Part shown: one piece after another, positions 11,184 through 22,914 of the stretch | Position numbering within the stretch: the stretch's first letter is position 1 | Layout: every line of letters begins with the position of its first letter | Assembly (NCBI GenBank): GCA_002269645.1 | Contig: NIVC01000132.1 | Span: 62,001-126,000, forward strand | Direction of reading: 5' to 3' | From: Macrostomum lignano | Taxonomy: Eukaryota | Length of the DNA stretch: 64,000 nucleotides | Made by a program: the position numbers and the translations under genes | Notes under the pieces: model-generated | The model's database searches: none | The model's input: only the letters and a program-made list of their open reading frames with translations | Told to the model about the DNA's origin: nothing

Positions 11184-12528
11184 TAGAATTTCGGGTTTAG
11201 GAAACCTCAGGCTTATAGAATTTCGGGTTTAGGAAACCTCAGGCTTATAGAATTTCGGGTTTAGGAAACCTCAGGCTTATAGAATTTCGGGTTTAGGAAG
11301 CTTCAGGCTTGTAGAATTTCGGGTTTAGGAAGCTTCAGGCTTGTAGAATTTCGGGTTTAGGAAGCTTCCAGCTTGTAGAATTTCGGGTTTAGGAAGCTTC
11401 AGGCTTATAGAATTTCGGGTTTAGGAAACCTCAGGCTTGTAGAATTTCGGGTTTAGGAAACCTCAGGCTTATAGAATTTCGGGTTTAGGAAACCTCAGGC
11501 TTATAGAATTTCGGGTTTAGGAAGCTTCAGGCTTGTAGAATTTCGGGTTTAGGAAGCTTCCAGCTTGTAGAATTTCGGGTTTAGGAAGCTTCAGGCTTAT
11601 AGAATTTCGGGTTTAGGAAACCTCAGGCTTGTAGAATTTCGGGTTTAGGAAGCTTCCAGCTTGTAGAATTTCGGGTTTAGGAAACCTCAGGCTTATAGAA
11701 TTTCGGGTTTAGGAAACCTCAGGCTTATAGAATTTCGGGTTTAGGAAGCTTCAGGCTTGTAGAATTTCGGGTTTAGGAAGCTTCCAGCTTGTAGAATTTC
11801 GGGTTTAGGAAGCTTCAGGCTTATAGAATTTCGGGTTTAGGAAACCTCAGGCTTGTAGAATTTCGGGTTTAGGAAACCTCAGGCTTATAGAATTTCGGGT
11901 TTAGGAAACCTCAGGCTTATAGAATTTCGGGTTTAGGAAGCTTCAGGCTTGTAGAATTTCGGGTTTAGGAAGCTTCCAGCTTGTAGAATTTCGGGTTTAG
12001 GAAGCTTCAGGCTTATAGAATTTCGGGTTTAGGAAACCTCAGGCTTGTAGAATTTCGGGTTTAGGAAACCTCAGGCTTATAGAATTTCGGGTTTAGGAAA
12101 CCTCAGGCTTATAGAATTTCGGGTTTAGGAAGCTTCAGGCTTGTAGAATTTCGGGTTTAGGAAGCTTCAGGCTTGTAGAATTTCGGGTTTAGGAAGCTTC
12201 AGGCTTGTAGAATTTCGGGTTTAGGAAGCTTCAGGCTTGTAGAATTTCGGGTTTAGGAAGCTTCAGGCTTGTAGAATTTCGGGTTTAGGAAGCTTCAGGC
12301 TTGTAGAATTTCGGGTTTAGGAAGCTTCAGGCTTGTAGAATTTCGGGTTTAGGAAGCTTCAGGCTTGTAGAATTTCGGGTTTAGGAAGCTTCAGGCTTGT
12401 AGAATTTCGGGTTTAGGAAGCTTCAGGCTTGTAGAATTTCGGGTTTAGGAAGCTTCAGGCTTGTAGAATTTCGGGTTTAGGAAGCTTCAGGCTTGTAGAA
12501 TTTCGGGTTTAGGAAGCTTCAGGCTTGT
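11184..12528. repeat. 32-bp satellite (TAGAATTTCGGGTTTAGGAAGCTTCAGGCTTG)n, about 42 units with higher-order structure
   Basis: Exact 32-bp period (11184, 11216, ...); five unit variants; no spacers. Confidence 0.98.
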
Positions 12529-13015
12529 GGATGTTTCGATTGATTAAATCTCTTGATTTTAATTCTATAAATGGTTCAGAAGGTTTATTAATTTTTTTTA
12601 ATTAAAATTCTGAATTTAATTTAAAAATTTGCTATTTATCGAAGTCACGCAGACAGGCAGTCAGGAATCCCTACATGACGATTATAACATTAAATTAATT
12701 TCCGACTGATGACCTGTTGGTTATTGGGATTAGCCAGAATGAGACCTGCCAACTCGCGTCTGTGTGCGTGACCTACACAGGTAAGTTTGGCCAGATAGGA
12801 ATATTAATGGCAGCCAGAAAACTCTGAATTTTTGTTTACACCACAGATACTATAATAGATACTATATACTACAGATACTATTAATATATACTAGTTATAT
12901 AGTATCTGTGGTTTACACCGCATTAGATCGTGTGTAAGCATGGTTTGATATGGAGTTTGTCTGTTGCATTTAAGTATTGCTTTTTTATGATGCCTTTGTA
13001 CAACCGGCTGTTCTT

Positions 13016-13769
13016 ACAGATGCTGTAACTGGCACTCGCTACAATCACTACAGATGCTGTAACTGGCACTCGCTACAATCACTACAGGTGCTGTAACTGG
13101 CACTCGCTACAATCACCACAGGTGCTGTAACTGGCACTTATTGCAGGTATTACAGATGCTGTAACTGGAACTCATTGCAGGTATTACAGATGCTGCAACT
13201 GGAACTCATTGCAGGTATTACAGATGCTGTAGCTGGAACTCATTGCAGATGTTACAGATGCTGTAGCTGGAACTCATTGCAGGTATTACAGATGCTGTAG
13301 CTGGAACTCATTGCAGGTATTACAGATGCTGTAACTGGAACTCATTGCATATATTACAGATGCTGTAACTGGAACTCATTGCAGATGTTACAGATGCTGT
13401 AACTGGAACTCATTGCAGATATTACAGATGCTGTAACTGGAACTCATTGCATATATTACAGGTGCTGTAACTGGCACTCGCTACAATCACTACAGGTGCT
13501 GTAACTGGCACTCGCTACAATCACTACAGGTGCTGTAACTGGCACTCGCTACAATCACTACAGGTGCTGTAACTGGCACTCGCTACAATCACTACAGGTG
13601 CTGTAACTGGCACTCGCTACAATCACTACAGGTGCTGTAACTGGCACTCGCTACAATCACTACAGGTGCTGTAACTGGCACTCGCTACAATCACTACAGG
13701 TGCTGTAACTGGCACTCGCTACAATCACTACAGGTGCTGTAACTGGCACTCGCTACAATCACTACAGGT
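13016..13769. repeat. 34-bp minisatellite with two unit types in A-B-A blocks
   Basis: Unit A ACAGGTGCTGTAACTGGCACTCGCTACAATCACT; unit B ACAGATGCTGTAACTGGAACTCATTGCAGGTATT. Confidence 0.95.
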
Positions 13770-14779
13770 ACTGCAGCTGCATGCAGCTCAAACAGGAGAC
13801 GAGGCATTTCGAATTCTCGGCCCGGTTCGTCTCCTAACCCCAATCTGCGGGCAGCAGCAGCAATAATGTATTCATTTTTCTTTAAGCTCTCTCCCCATTT
13901 TCTTTTTTCCAAGCCTGAAAGCTTTGAGTAAGGGGGGGGGGTTGTGTAGGGCAGCTTTCGGCCCGCCAGCTTTTTTCGATTTGTACATCCGTTTACGTCT
14001 GACCAGGGGGTTGCTATGATGGATAAAAACTAACCAAATACATCATCGCCCATCCGTTTGGAATTAGCGATGTACTCTCCCGACTGATGAGGGAGTTGTG
14101 AGCAGTGTGGGAGAGAGAGAGAGGGCAACAAAGGCCTTTGATTGGTCAGCGCGGCTCCTAATCCTCTCTCCCTCTCTCTCTCCCCTATCCCTCCCTCGGT
14201 CTCTCCCGAACTGTCCCGTGTATTTAACCGCAATGGCGAGGATATAGGCAGGGAAGACAGGGGCTGGGCTGGGGGGGTTGAGAGATGGAGAATAAACTAC
14301 AGGGGCAGACTTTGTTGCTATGACTGATGAACTGAGAGGCGGACAGGAGGGCTTGAAGGGAGGGCAGAGGGGAAGGCAGACAGCTGGGCTCAGCAAATCT
14401 CGCTGAGACGATGGCGGAGTGGGTTAGGAAGGAGAGCCGAAGGCGAGCAGGGCAGAGGCAAGCAGGGGGGTGTCAGCATAGGGATAAGGACAGGGCAGGC
14501 AGCTGCGGAGCCCTGGCTGCGTTCGGTCTCTCTCTCTCTCTCTCTCTCGCTGTCGCTAAGAGCCAGGGGTGACCGGTGTCAAGCAGAAACAGGAGCAGCT
14601 TCTTTGAGCTAGAAGCAGCAGACGAAGATCTGTGCGCGGTGCCACGTGGTGACGCAGGTAGCTGAGAGCGGAGTTTGAGTTGGCTACTCAGGTGAGGCAT
14701 GCTTGTGCTCAGGACTCTAAGCCTTGGGCTAGACCAGGAATTCTTATTTTGACGGGTTGCCATTTTGTTTTTATGGAGT

Positions 14780-15230
14780 GCCATTTGTTGACGGGGTGCC
14801 ATTTGTTGAGGCTATGCCATTTGTTGAGGGAATGCCATTTGTTGAGAGAATGCCATTTGTTGAGAGAATGCCATTTGTTGAGGGAATGCCAGTTGTTGAG
14901 GGAATGCCAGTTGTTGAGGGAATGCCATTTGTTGGAGGAATGCCAGTTGTTGATGCAATGCCATTTGTTGAGGCAATGCCATTTGTTGAGGCAATGCCAG
15001 TTGTTGAGGGAATGCCATTTGTTGAGGGAATGCCAGTTGTTGAGGGAATGCCATTTGTTGAGGCAATGCCATTTGTTGAGGGAATGCCAGTTGTTGAGGG
15101 ATTGCCAGTTGTTGAGGGAATGCCTGTTGTTGAGGGATTGCCAGTTGTTGAGGGAATGCCAGTTGTTGAGGGAATGCCATTTGTTGAGGGAATGCCAGTT
15201 GTTGAGGGAATGCCATTTGTTCAAGGGGTG
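14780..15230. repeat. 18-bp minisatellite (GAGGGAATGCCATTTGTT)n, in a probable 5'UTR intron (14692-15513) of the neuropeptide gene
   Basis: 6-codon periodicity; flanked by donor CAG|GTGAGG (14692) and acceptor CCTTCCAG| (15513). Confidence 0.9.
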
Positions 15231-15560
15231 CCATTTTATTTGAGGGGTCGCCATTTGTTGAAGGGGTGTCATTTTTAATTTATCTGGGGGAAGGAAGCCA
15301 AAGCTGCTTTAGGGAAGGAGCCCTACGAGCTATAAATTTTTTACTTGGGGGAGAGGGCCATCCATCTTCTCCAAAAAATGAATCCAGACAAAATGAATCT
15401 CCGTAGATGATGCTGGAACGAGGCTGAGCTCATCTTCTCTCATTTTTTCATCATTTTGGTACCCGAGAGCGCTGCTCAAATCGGCTCAACATCGTCCCAT
15501 TCCTACCTTCCAGGTGCCAATTATAATTATTTTGAACAACTGAACTGCTACTCGGCAGCA

Positions 15561-18500
15561 ATGCAACTCGCCGGCTGTCTGTCTCTGACGGTCCTGGCCG
15601 CTGCCCTGCTGCTGGTCCAGGCTGACCGGTCCAGTGAGTTGGGGATGGGGACAGGGGTTTTGACAGGGGTGGGGACAGGGGTGGGGACAGGGGTGGGGAC
15701 AGGGGTGGGGACAGGGGTTGGGACAGGGGTGGGGACAGGTGTGGGGACAGGGGTGGGGAGAGGGGAGGGCCGGAGTGGGAACAGGGGGAGGACAGGGTTG
15801 GGCATAGGGGGAGGGACAGGGGTGGAGACAGGGGTAGGACAGGAGTGGGGACAGGGGATGGGCTTACGTAAGTGAGTTGAAAAAAGTGTAGCCCCAGTTT
15901 TGTTAGAATTTTCATAGACTAAACCCGCAAGTGCTCGTAAGAATGTAAATACTGTACCTATAATTTTTATCCCCTCGTTACCAGGCTGCGCTTTTCACAG
16001 AGAAGTTTTCTTAATAAGTTCAGTGAGGAAAATTTTCCTCCCCAAACAAGGGCAGGAAAGTAATGTTTACGGTGGAAAGCAGCCGTTTGCACTTCTAAAT
16101 TGCCTGCTTTGCCTGGATCTGAGGAGGGGGCGGGCGGTCGATAGCGCTTCGCTCCCAGCTAATTAGTTCTCTTTGAGGTTTCGCCAAAAGCATTAACGCG
16201 CCTCCAGCTCGTAATACCAGCATTTAGCGGTTCGTGAGGGAACACCGAGGAAGCCTTGAAATAAGTTAAATGCGGGATCTGCAGTTGATGAGATCGTTGT
16301 TGACTTAAAAATCAGGACATGCAGGGTTTCTGCTCTGGTCTGCTTTGATCATTGATCATTGATTGATCATGACTCACTGCTCATTGATTGATCATGACTC
16401 ACTGCTCATTGATTGATCATGACTCACTGCTCATTGATTGATTGATCATGTCACACTGCTCATTGATCATGTCAAATTGCTCATTGATCATGTCAAATTG
16501 CTCATTGATCATGTCACACTGCTCATTGATTGATCATGACTCACTGCTCATTGATTGATCATGTCACACTGCTCATTGATTGATTAATCATGTCACACTG
16601 CTCATTGATTGATCATGACTCACTGCTCATTGATTGATCATGTCACACTGCTCATTGATTGATCATGTCACACTGCTCATTGATTGATCATGTCACACTG
16701 CTCATTGATCATGTCAAATTGCTCATTGATCATGTCAAATTGCTCATTGATCATGTCAAATTGCTCATTGATCATGTCACACTGCTCATTGATTGATTGA
16801 TCATGTCAAATTGCTCATTGATCATGTCAAATTGCTCATTGATTATGTCAAATTGCTCATTGATCATGTCACACTGCTCATTGATCATGTCAAATTGCTC
16901 ATTGATCATGTCAAATTGCTCATTGATCATGTCACACTGCTCATTGATCATGTCACACTGCTCATTGATTGATCATGACTCACTGCTCATTGATTGATTG
17001 ATCATCTCACACTGCTCATTGATTGATCATGACTCCCTGCTCATTGATTGATCATGTCACACTGCTCATTGATTGATTAATCATGTCACACTGCTCATTG
17101 ATTGATCATGACTCACTGCTCATTGATTGATCATGTCACACTGCTCATTGATTGATCATGTCACACTGCTCATTGATTGATCATGTCAAATTGCTCATTG
17201 ATCATGTCAAATTGCTCATTGATCATGTCAAATTGCTCATTGATCATGTCACACTGCTCATTGATCATGTCAAATTGCTCATTGATCATGTCACACTGCT
17301 CATTGATCATGTCAAATTGCTCATTGATCATGTCACACTGCTCATTGATCATGTCAAATTGCTCATTGATCATGTCACACTGCTCATTGATCATGTCAAA
17401 TTGCTCATTGATCATGTCACACTGCTCATTGATCATGTCAAATTGCTCATTGATCATGTCACACTGCTCATTGATCATGTCAAATTGCTCATTGATCATG
17501 TCGCACTGCTCATTGATCATGTCAAATTGCTCATTGATCATGTCACACTGCTCATTGATCATGTCAAATTGCTCATTGATCATGTCAAATTGCTCATTGA
17601 TCATGTCAAATTGCTCATTGATCATGTCGCACTGCTCATTGATCATGTCAAATTGCTCATTGATCATGTCACACTGCTCATTGATCATGTCAAATTGCTC
17701 ATTGATCATGTCGCACTGCTCATTTTCTTCTCCCAGCAAATTAATGACTTATGGGCATAGCTTTTTAAAAATAAAACCTTACTGAACCCTCGCATGAACT
17801 ATAGAAACTATGATGATGGGCTGGGGTAACCCAATACACTTCACGAATAAAATTAAAAGTACATCACAAACTGACATCTGCTCCGATCGCTAACATGAAT
17901 GCGCAGGCAGTCTGGAGGACGAGCTGGAGTCCAGCCTGTCAAAGCCCGAGCTGTCTGGCGAGCAGCAGCTCAAGGCTGCGGCGGCCGCGGCTGCAGCGGC
18001 GAAGGCTTCTGGAAGCAAGACTGCACAGCAGAACCGGGATGAAAAGCAGGAGCTGGCAAAGCACCACGAAGCGGCGATGCAGCACGCCAAGCAGCAGCAG
18101 CAGCCGAAGGAGCGATACGAGACTGGGCCAAGCCGTCAGGACCTGAAGGAGATGTTCCACCACCTGCTGGAGTCCATGACAGAGGCCGAGAGGAAGTCTC
18201 TGACTCTCCGTCTGGGCAAGGCGAGCGTTAAGCGGACTTTCAGCCAGATGAAGGACGAAGTCCGGGCCATGCCGGGTAAGCTTTCGGGGATCATGTTTTG
18301 GGAGAGAGGGAGTCTGGGAGAGCGGGAGTCTAGGAGAGCGGCAGTCTGGGAGAGCGGCAGTCTGGGGAGAGAGTCTGGGAGATCGGGAGTTTGGGAGAAC
18401 GGGAGTCTGGGATATCGGGAGTCTGGGAGAGTGAGAGTCTGGGAGAGCGAGAGTCTGGGAGATCGGGAGTCTGGGAGAGTGAGAGTCTGGGAGAGTGAGA

Positions 18501-20050
18501 GTCTCGGAGAGTGAGAATCTCGGAGAGTGAGAGTTGGCGAGAGTGAGATTCTGGGAGAGTGGGATTCTGGGATGAGATTCTCGGAGAGTGGGAGTCTGAG
18601 GGGGTGAGAGTCTCGGAGAGTGGGAGACTGGGGGTGAGAGTCTGGGAGAGTGAGAGTCTGGGAGAGTGAGAGTCTCGGAGAGTGAGAGTCTCGGAGAGTG
18701 AGAGTCTCGGAGAGTGAGAGTCTCGGAGAGTGAGAGTCTCGGAGAGTGAGAGTCTCGGAGAGTGAGTCTGGGAAAGTGAGAGTCTCGGAGAGTGAGTCTG
18801 GGAAAGTGAGAGTCTGGGAGAGTGAGAGTCTGGGAGAGTGAGAGTCTCGGAGAGTGAGAGTCTCGGAGAGTGAGAGTCTCGGAGAGTGAGAGTCTCGGAG
18901 AGTGAGAGTCTCGGAGAGTGAGAGTCTCGGAGAGTGAGTCTGGGAAAGTGAGAGTCTGGGAGAGTGGGATTCTGGGGTGAGATTCTCGGAGATTGGGAGT
19001 CTGAGGGGGTGAGAGTCTCGGAGAGTGGGAGTCTGGGGGGTGAGAGTCTCGGAGAGTGGGAGTCTGGGGGGTGAGAGTCTCGGGGAGTGGGAGTCTGGAG
19101 GGTGAGAATCTCGGAGAGTGAGAGTCTGGAGGGTGAGAATCTCGGAGAGTGAGAGTCTGGAGGGTGAGAATCTCGGAGAGTGGGAGTCTGGAGGGTGAGA
19201 ATCTCGGAGAGTGGGAGTCTGGAGGGTGAGAATCTCGGGGAGTGAGAGTCTGGAGGGTGAGAATCTCGGAGAGTGAGAGTCTGGAGAGTGAGAATCTCGG
19301 AGAGTGAGAGTCTGGAGGGTGAGAATCTCGGAGAGTGGGAGTCTGGAGGGTGAGAATCTCGGAGAGTGAGAGTCTGGAGGGTGAGAATCTCGGAGAGTGG
19401 GAGTCTGGGGGGTGAGAATCTCGGAGAGTGAGAGTCTGGAGGGTGAGAATCTCGGAGAGTGGGAGTCTGGGGGGGTGAGAGTCTCGGAGAGTGAGAGTCT
19501 GGAGGGTGAGAATCTCGGAGAGTGGGAGTCTGGAGGGTGAGAATCTCGGAGAGTGGGAGTCTGGGGGGTGAGAGTCTCGGAGAGTGGGAGTCTGGGGGGT
19601 GAGAGTCTCGGAGGTGGGAGTGAGACATCCATACGTAGGAATACGTAGGCAGAGGAATTGCTCAAATCTGAGTATCCAGGGCTAAATTCATGTCTAACGA
19701 TCTGTCCTTTTGTGTGCCGACCAGTTTACGATAAATAGTACAGAATATTGGGCTGTGGACGCATATTAATGAGTGTAAAAACAAATGTACTTAAAGGCAG
19801 GAGCTTGTACACAAAGATGAAATCGCTGTGTCAAATGTGGAAAGGGACCGAAACTGGCCATTTCGGATCATCCCCAATCCTGTTTGCTACTCTGCTTTGC
19901 TTCCACTTCTCTCTTCCCTTTCAATCCATCGCTCCCCACTGCCTGGATGCCACTGAAATCCTGAGTTGAGCGTCGTGGGCTTCCTGTTCCTGGCCTGTCT
20001 CATCTCCTTCCTGTTTCCTCTTTCTCATTGCAGAGCTGATTGATGCTTAA
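15561..20050 (+). CDS. Secreted neuropeptide/prohormone precursor, 152 aa; exons 15561-15633, 17907-18275, 20034-20050
   Basis: Exon 1 encodes a signal peptide [21 protein letters not shown] and ends at GTGAGT. Exon 2 (acceptor GCGCAG, donor GTAAGC) is GC3-rich and in phase 1 at both ends. Exon 3 follows a long polypyrimidine tract + CAG and gives ELIDA*. A KR site precedes the C-terminal 18-mer [18 protein letters not shown]. Confidence 0.8.
15646..15857 (+). repeat. G-quadruplex-prone 12-bp minisatellite (ACAGGGGTGGGG)n
   Basis: Consecutive G4 runs starting about 12 nt after the donor at 15634. Confidence 0.9.
16345..17725. repeat. 21-bp minisatellite (ATTGATCATGTCACACTGCTC / ATTGATCATGTCAAATTGCTC)n with extra ATTG insertions in the 5' half
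   Basis: 7-codon periodicity; two alternating unit types in the 3' half. Confidence 0.96.
18300..19625. repeat. GA-rich minisatellite (16-bp GAGAGTGAGAGTCTCG evolving into ~31-bp units), intron of the neuropeptide gene
   Basis: Visible tandem units; the 509- and 432-aa minus-strand ORFs are repeat translations. Confidence 0.93.
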
Positions 20051-21198
20051 GCTTAAGCCATGGAGTGCTTAGAGACAGAAACTGGAGAGGTGAACTGCAG
20101 GATTAAGCCATGGAGTGCTAGAGACAGAAACTGGAGAGGTGAACTGTGGGCTTAAGCCATGGAGTGCTAGAGACAGAAACTGGAAAGGTGAACTGCGGGC
20201 TTAAGCCATGGAGTTCTAGAGACAGTAACTGGAGAGGTGAAGTGCAGGATTAAGCCACGGAGTTCTAGAGACAGAAACTGGAGAGGTGAACTGTGGGCTT
20301 AAGCCATGGAGTGCTAGAGACAGAAACTGGAAAGGTGAACTGCGGGCTTAAGCCATGGAGTTCTAGAGACAGTAACTGGAGAGGTGAACTGCAGGATTAA
20401 GCCACGGAGTTCTAGAGACAGAAACTGGAGAGGTGAACTGCAGGATTAAGCCACGGAGTTCTAGAGACAGAAACTGGAGAGGTGAACTGCAGGATGTAGC
20501 CGCGGAGTTCTAGAGACAGAAACTGGAGAGGTGAACTGCAGGATGTAGCCGCGGAGTTCTAGAGACAGAAACGGGAGAGGTGAACTGCAGGATGTAGCCG
20601 CAGAGTTCTAGAGACAGAAACTGGAGAGGTGAACTGCAGGATGTAGCCGCGGAGTTCTAGAGACAGAAACGGGAGAGGTGAACTGCAGGATGTAGCCGCG
20701 GAGTTCTAGAGACAGAAACGGGAGAGGTGAACTGCAGGATGTAGCCGCGGAGTTCTAGAGACAGAAACTGGAGAGGGGAACTGCAGGATGTAGCCGCGGA
20801 GTTCTAGAGACAGAAACTGGAGAGGTGAACTGCAGGATTAAGCCACGGAGTTCTAGAGACAGAAACTGGGGAGGTGAACTGCAGGATGTAGCCGCGGAGT
20901 TCTAGAGACAGAAACTGGAGAGGGGAACTGCAGGATGTAGCCGCGGAGTTCTAGAGACAGAAACTGGAGAGGTGAACTGCAGGATGTAGCCGCGGAGTTC
21001 TAGAGACAGAAACTGGAGAGGTGAACTGCAGGATGTAGCCGCGGAGTTCTAGAGACAGAAACTGGAGAGGGGAACTGCAGGATGTAGCCGCGGAGTTCTA
21101 GAGACAGAAACTGGAGAGGTGAAGTGCAGGATTAAGCCACGGAGTTCTAGAGACAGAAACTGGATAGGTGAAGTGCAGGATTAAGCCGCGGAGTTCTA
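20051..21198. repeat. 49-bp minisatellite, about 23 copies, starting right after the neuropeptide stop codon
   Basis: Unit GAGTTCTAGAGACAGAAACTGGAGAGGTGAACTGCAGGATGTAGCCGCG; period 49 (20461 to 20510). Confidence 0.96.
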
Positions 21199-21589
21199 AC
21201 ACCCAAATTATGGAGGGAATTCAGCCCAAATCCTTTTAATTTTTACAACTGCAGCAGAATTCCGGGAGCGCAAAATGTGGGGGATTCATGAAGTCGGGAA
21301 AACTGAGGGGCTGTCGGAAAAGCCGTGATCGAGCTCCAGATGGCGGTGAATTTGATGGGGCATCTTTTTTCATCCAGGGCCGCCCATCTGCTCCAGTGTT
21401 GCCGCATATTTGCATTTGTGCACCCATCCCCCCCCCCCCCCTATACCTAATGTGTCTGGCCTGAGTTGGGAAGAGATGCTGGGAGAGAAATGTGTGCAAT
21501 TGTGACAGATGAAGATGCAGAACTCCTCTTGTCAGGCTTAGTAAGATTTTCTGTTGGTTTAGTATTAGTGGAGTGAGAGTGTGACATTA

Positions 21590-21830
21590 CGTAATAAAGA
21601 GTGAAATTCTGTAATAAAGAGTGACATTCTGTAATAAAGAGTGACATTCTGTAATAAAGAGTGACATTCTGTAATAAAGAGTGACATTCTGTAATAAAGA
21701 GTGACATTCTGTAATAAAGAGTGACATTCTGTAATAAAGAGTGACATTCTGTAATAAAGAGTGACATTCTGTAATAAAGAGTGACATTCTGTAATAAAGA
21801 GTGACATTCTGTAATAAAGAGTGACATTGT
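21590..21830. repeat. 20-bp minisatellite (GTAATAAAGAGTGACATTCT)n
   Basis: About 12 near-perfect copies. Confidence 0.97.
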
Positions 21831-22397
21831 ACGAGTAATAGATTGTACGAGTGACATTCTATGAAAGCAAAGTGAGCCAGTGCCATTCTGCAGATGAAGA
21901 ACATTATTTTGTAAAGAGATGCTTCATCTTTTTGAGGCGATTCTCCCGAGCATAAGTACAGGAAGACGAGTAAGTACAGGAACTGAACCCCTTTGTCAGT
22001 TTTCTAGACAATAAAAATGAAATATCCCTAACCAGGGTAGCAACCAGTCAGCTGCACGCTTGAACAGGTTTCTCTCCTCTCAGTTGACTGAAAGTAAAAA
22101 CACTGCTCAAATGCCTCTAGGAGCAGGTTAGGATTTTTCAAAACAAGCCATTTTCATCATGCGGCATTTTGACAATCCGACCGTGACGGTTTTTGTAGCT
22201 CAAAGCTGCTCGACTGTCACGTAAATTGCAAAGCCTCGCTTCACAGCGCTCTGTCTGACTGTGATTCCAACATATCGCCTTTCATAGAACAGCGGCTTGG
22301 CCGTGGAAATCCCTTTGAAAGTTGAGCTGAGACTGCGTGCAGATGCCTGTCTGGCTGGGGCCGGGCTGATGTCGGCTGGGGCGTCGCTCTGCCTGCA

Positions 22398-22645
22398 TCT
22401 CTGTCTCCCTCTCTGTCTCCCTCTGTCTCCCTCTGTCTCCCTCTGTCTCCCTCTCTGTCTCCCTCTGTCTCGCTCTGTCTCCCTCTGTCTCCCTCTCTGT
22501 CTCCCTCTGTCTCCCTCTCTGTCTCCTCTCTGTCCCCCTTTGTCTCCCTCTCTGTCTCCCTCTGTCTCCCTCTGTCTCCCTCTCTGTCTCCCTCTGTCTC
22601 CTTCTGTCTCCCTCTGTCTCCCTCTGTCTCCCTCTGTCTCCCTCT
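22398..22645. repeat. (CTGTCTCCCT/CTCTGTCTCCCT)n minisatellite, left part
   Basis: The same motif continues at 27103-27850 on the other side of the LTR element. Confidence 0.93.
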
Positions 22646-22887
22646 TGCTGCGGGCTGGCTTTTGCCCGAGCAGATTTAAGTTTATTTTTAACTGAAATAT
22701 GATCATAGACTATTTCATTTGCCTGTATTGAGCACAAGAGCCTAACTAAAGGCAAACCGCTTGGAAATAAGTAAAATAAAATATAAAGTTAAACGTGGCC
22801 AAGCAGACATTGGCAAAAGAAAGGCCGAAGGTATTACGGCGCATATTCAGGGCATTAAGCCCAGTGTTTCAGTACAGACCTGTAACA
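22646..22887 (+). repeat. 5' LTR
   Basis: Matches 26861-27102 base for base on visual comparison. Confidence 0.95.
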
Positions 22888-22914
22888 GTGGCGTCGCAAG
22901 CACTCCGGATTTAA

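Noticed and set aside
11184-13769. 32-bp and 34-bp arrays as CRISPR arrays
   Set aside because: Units are contiguous with no unique spacers, there are no cas genes, and the context is eukaryotic with spliceosomal introns.
20051-21198. 49-bp and 74-bp (53044-53426) arrays as CRISPR or structured-RNA arrays
   Set aside because: Head-to-tail near-identical units without spacers; no conserved ribozyme or RNA motif recognised.
22888-22902. Assigning the primer tRNA for the PBS TGGCGTCGC
   Set aside because: I cannot match it confidently to a specific tRNA 3' end without the species' tRNA set.
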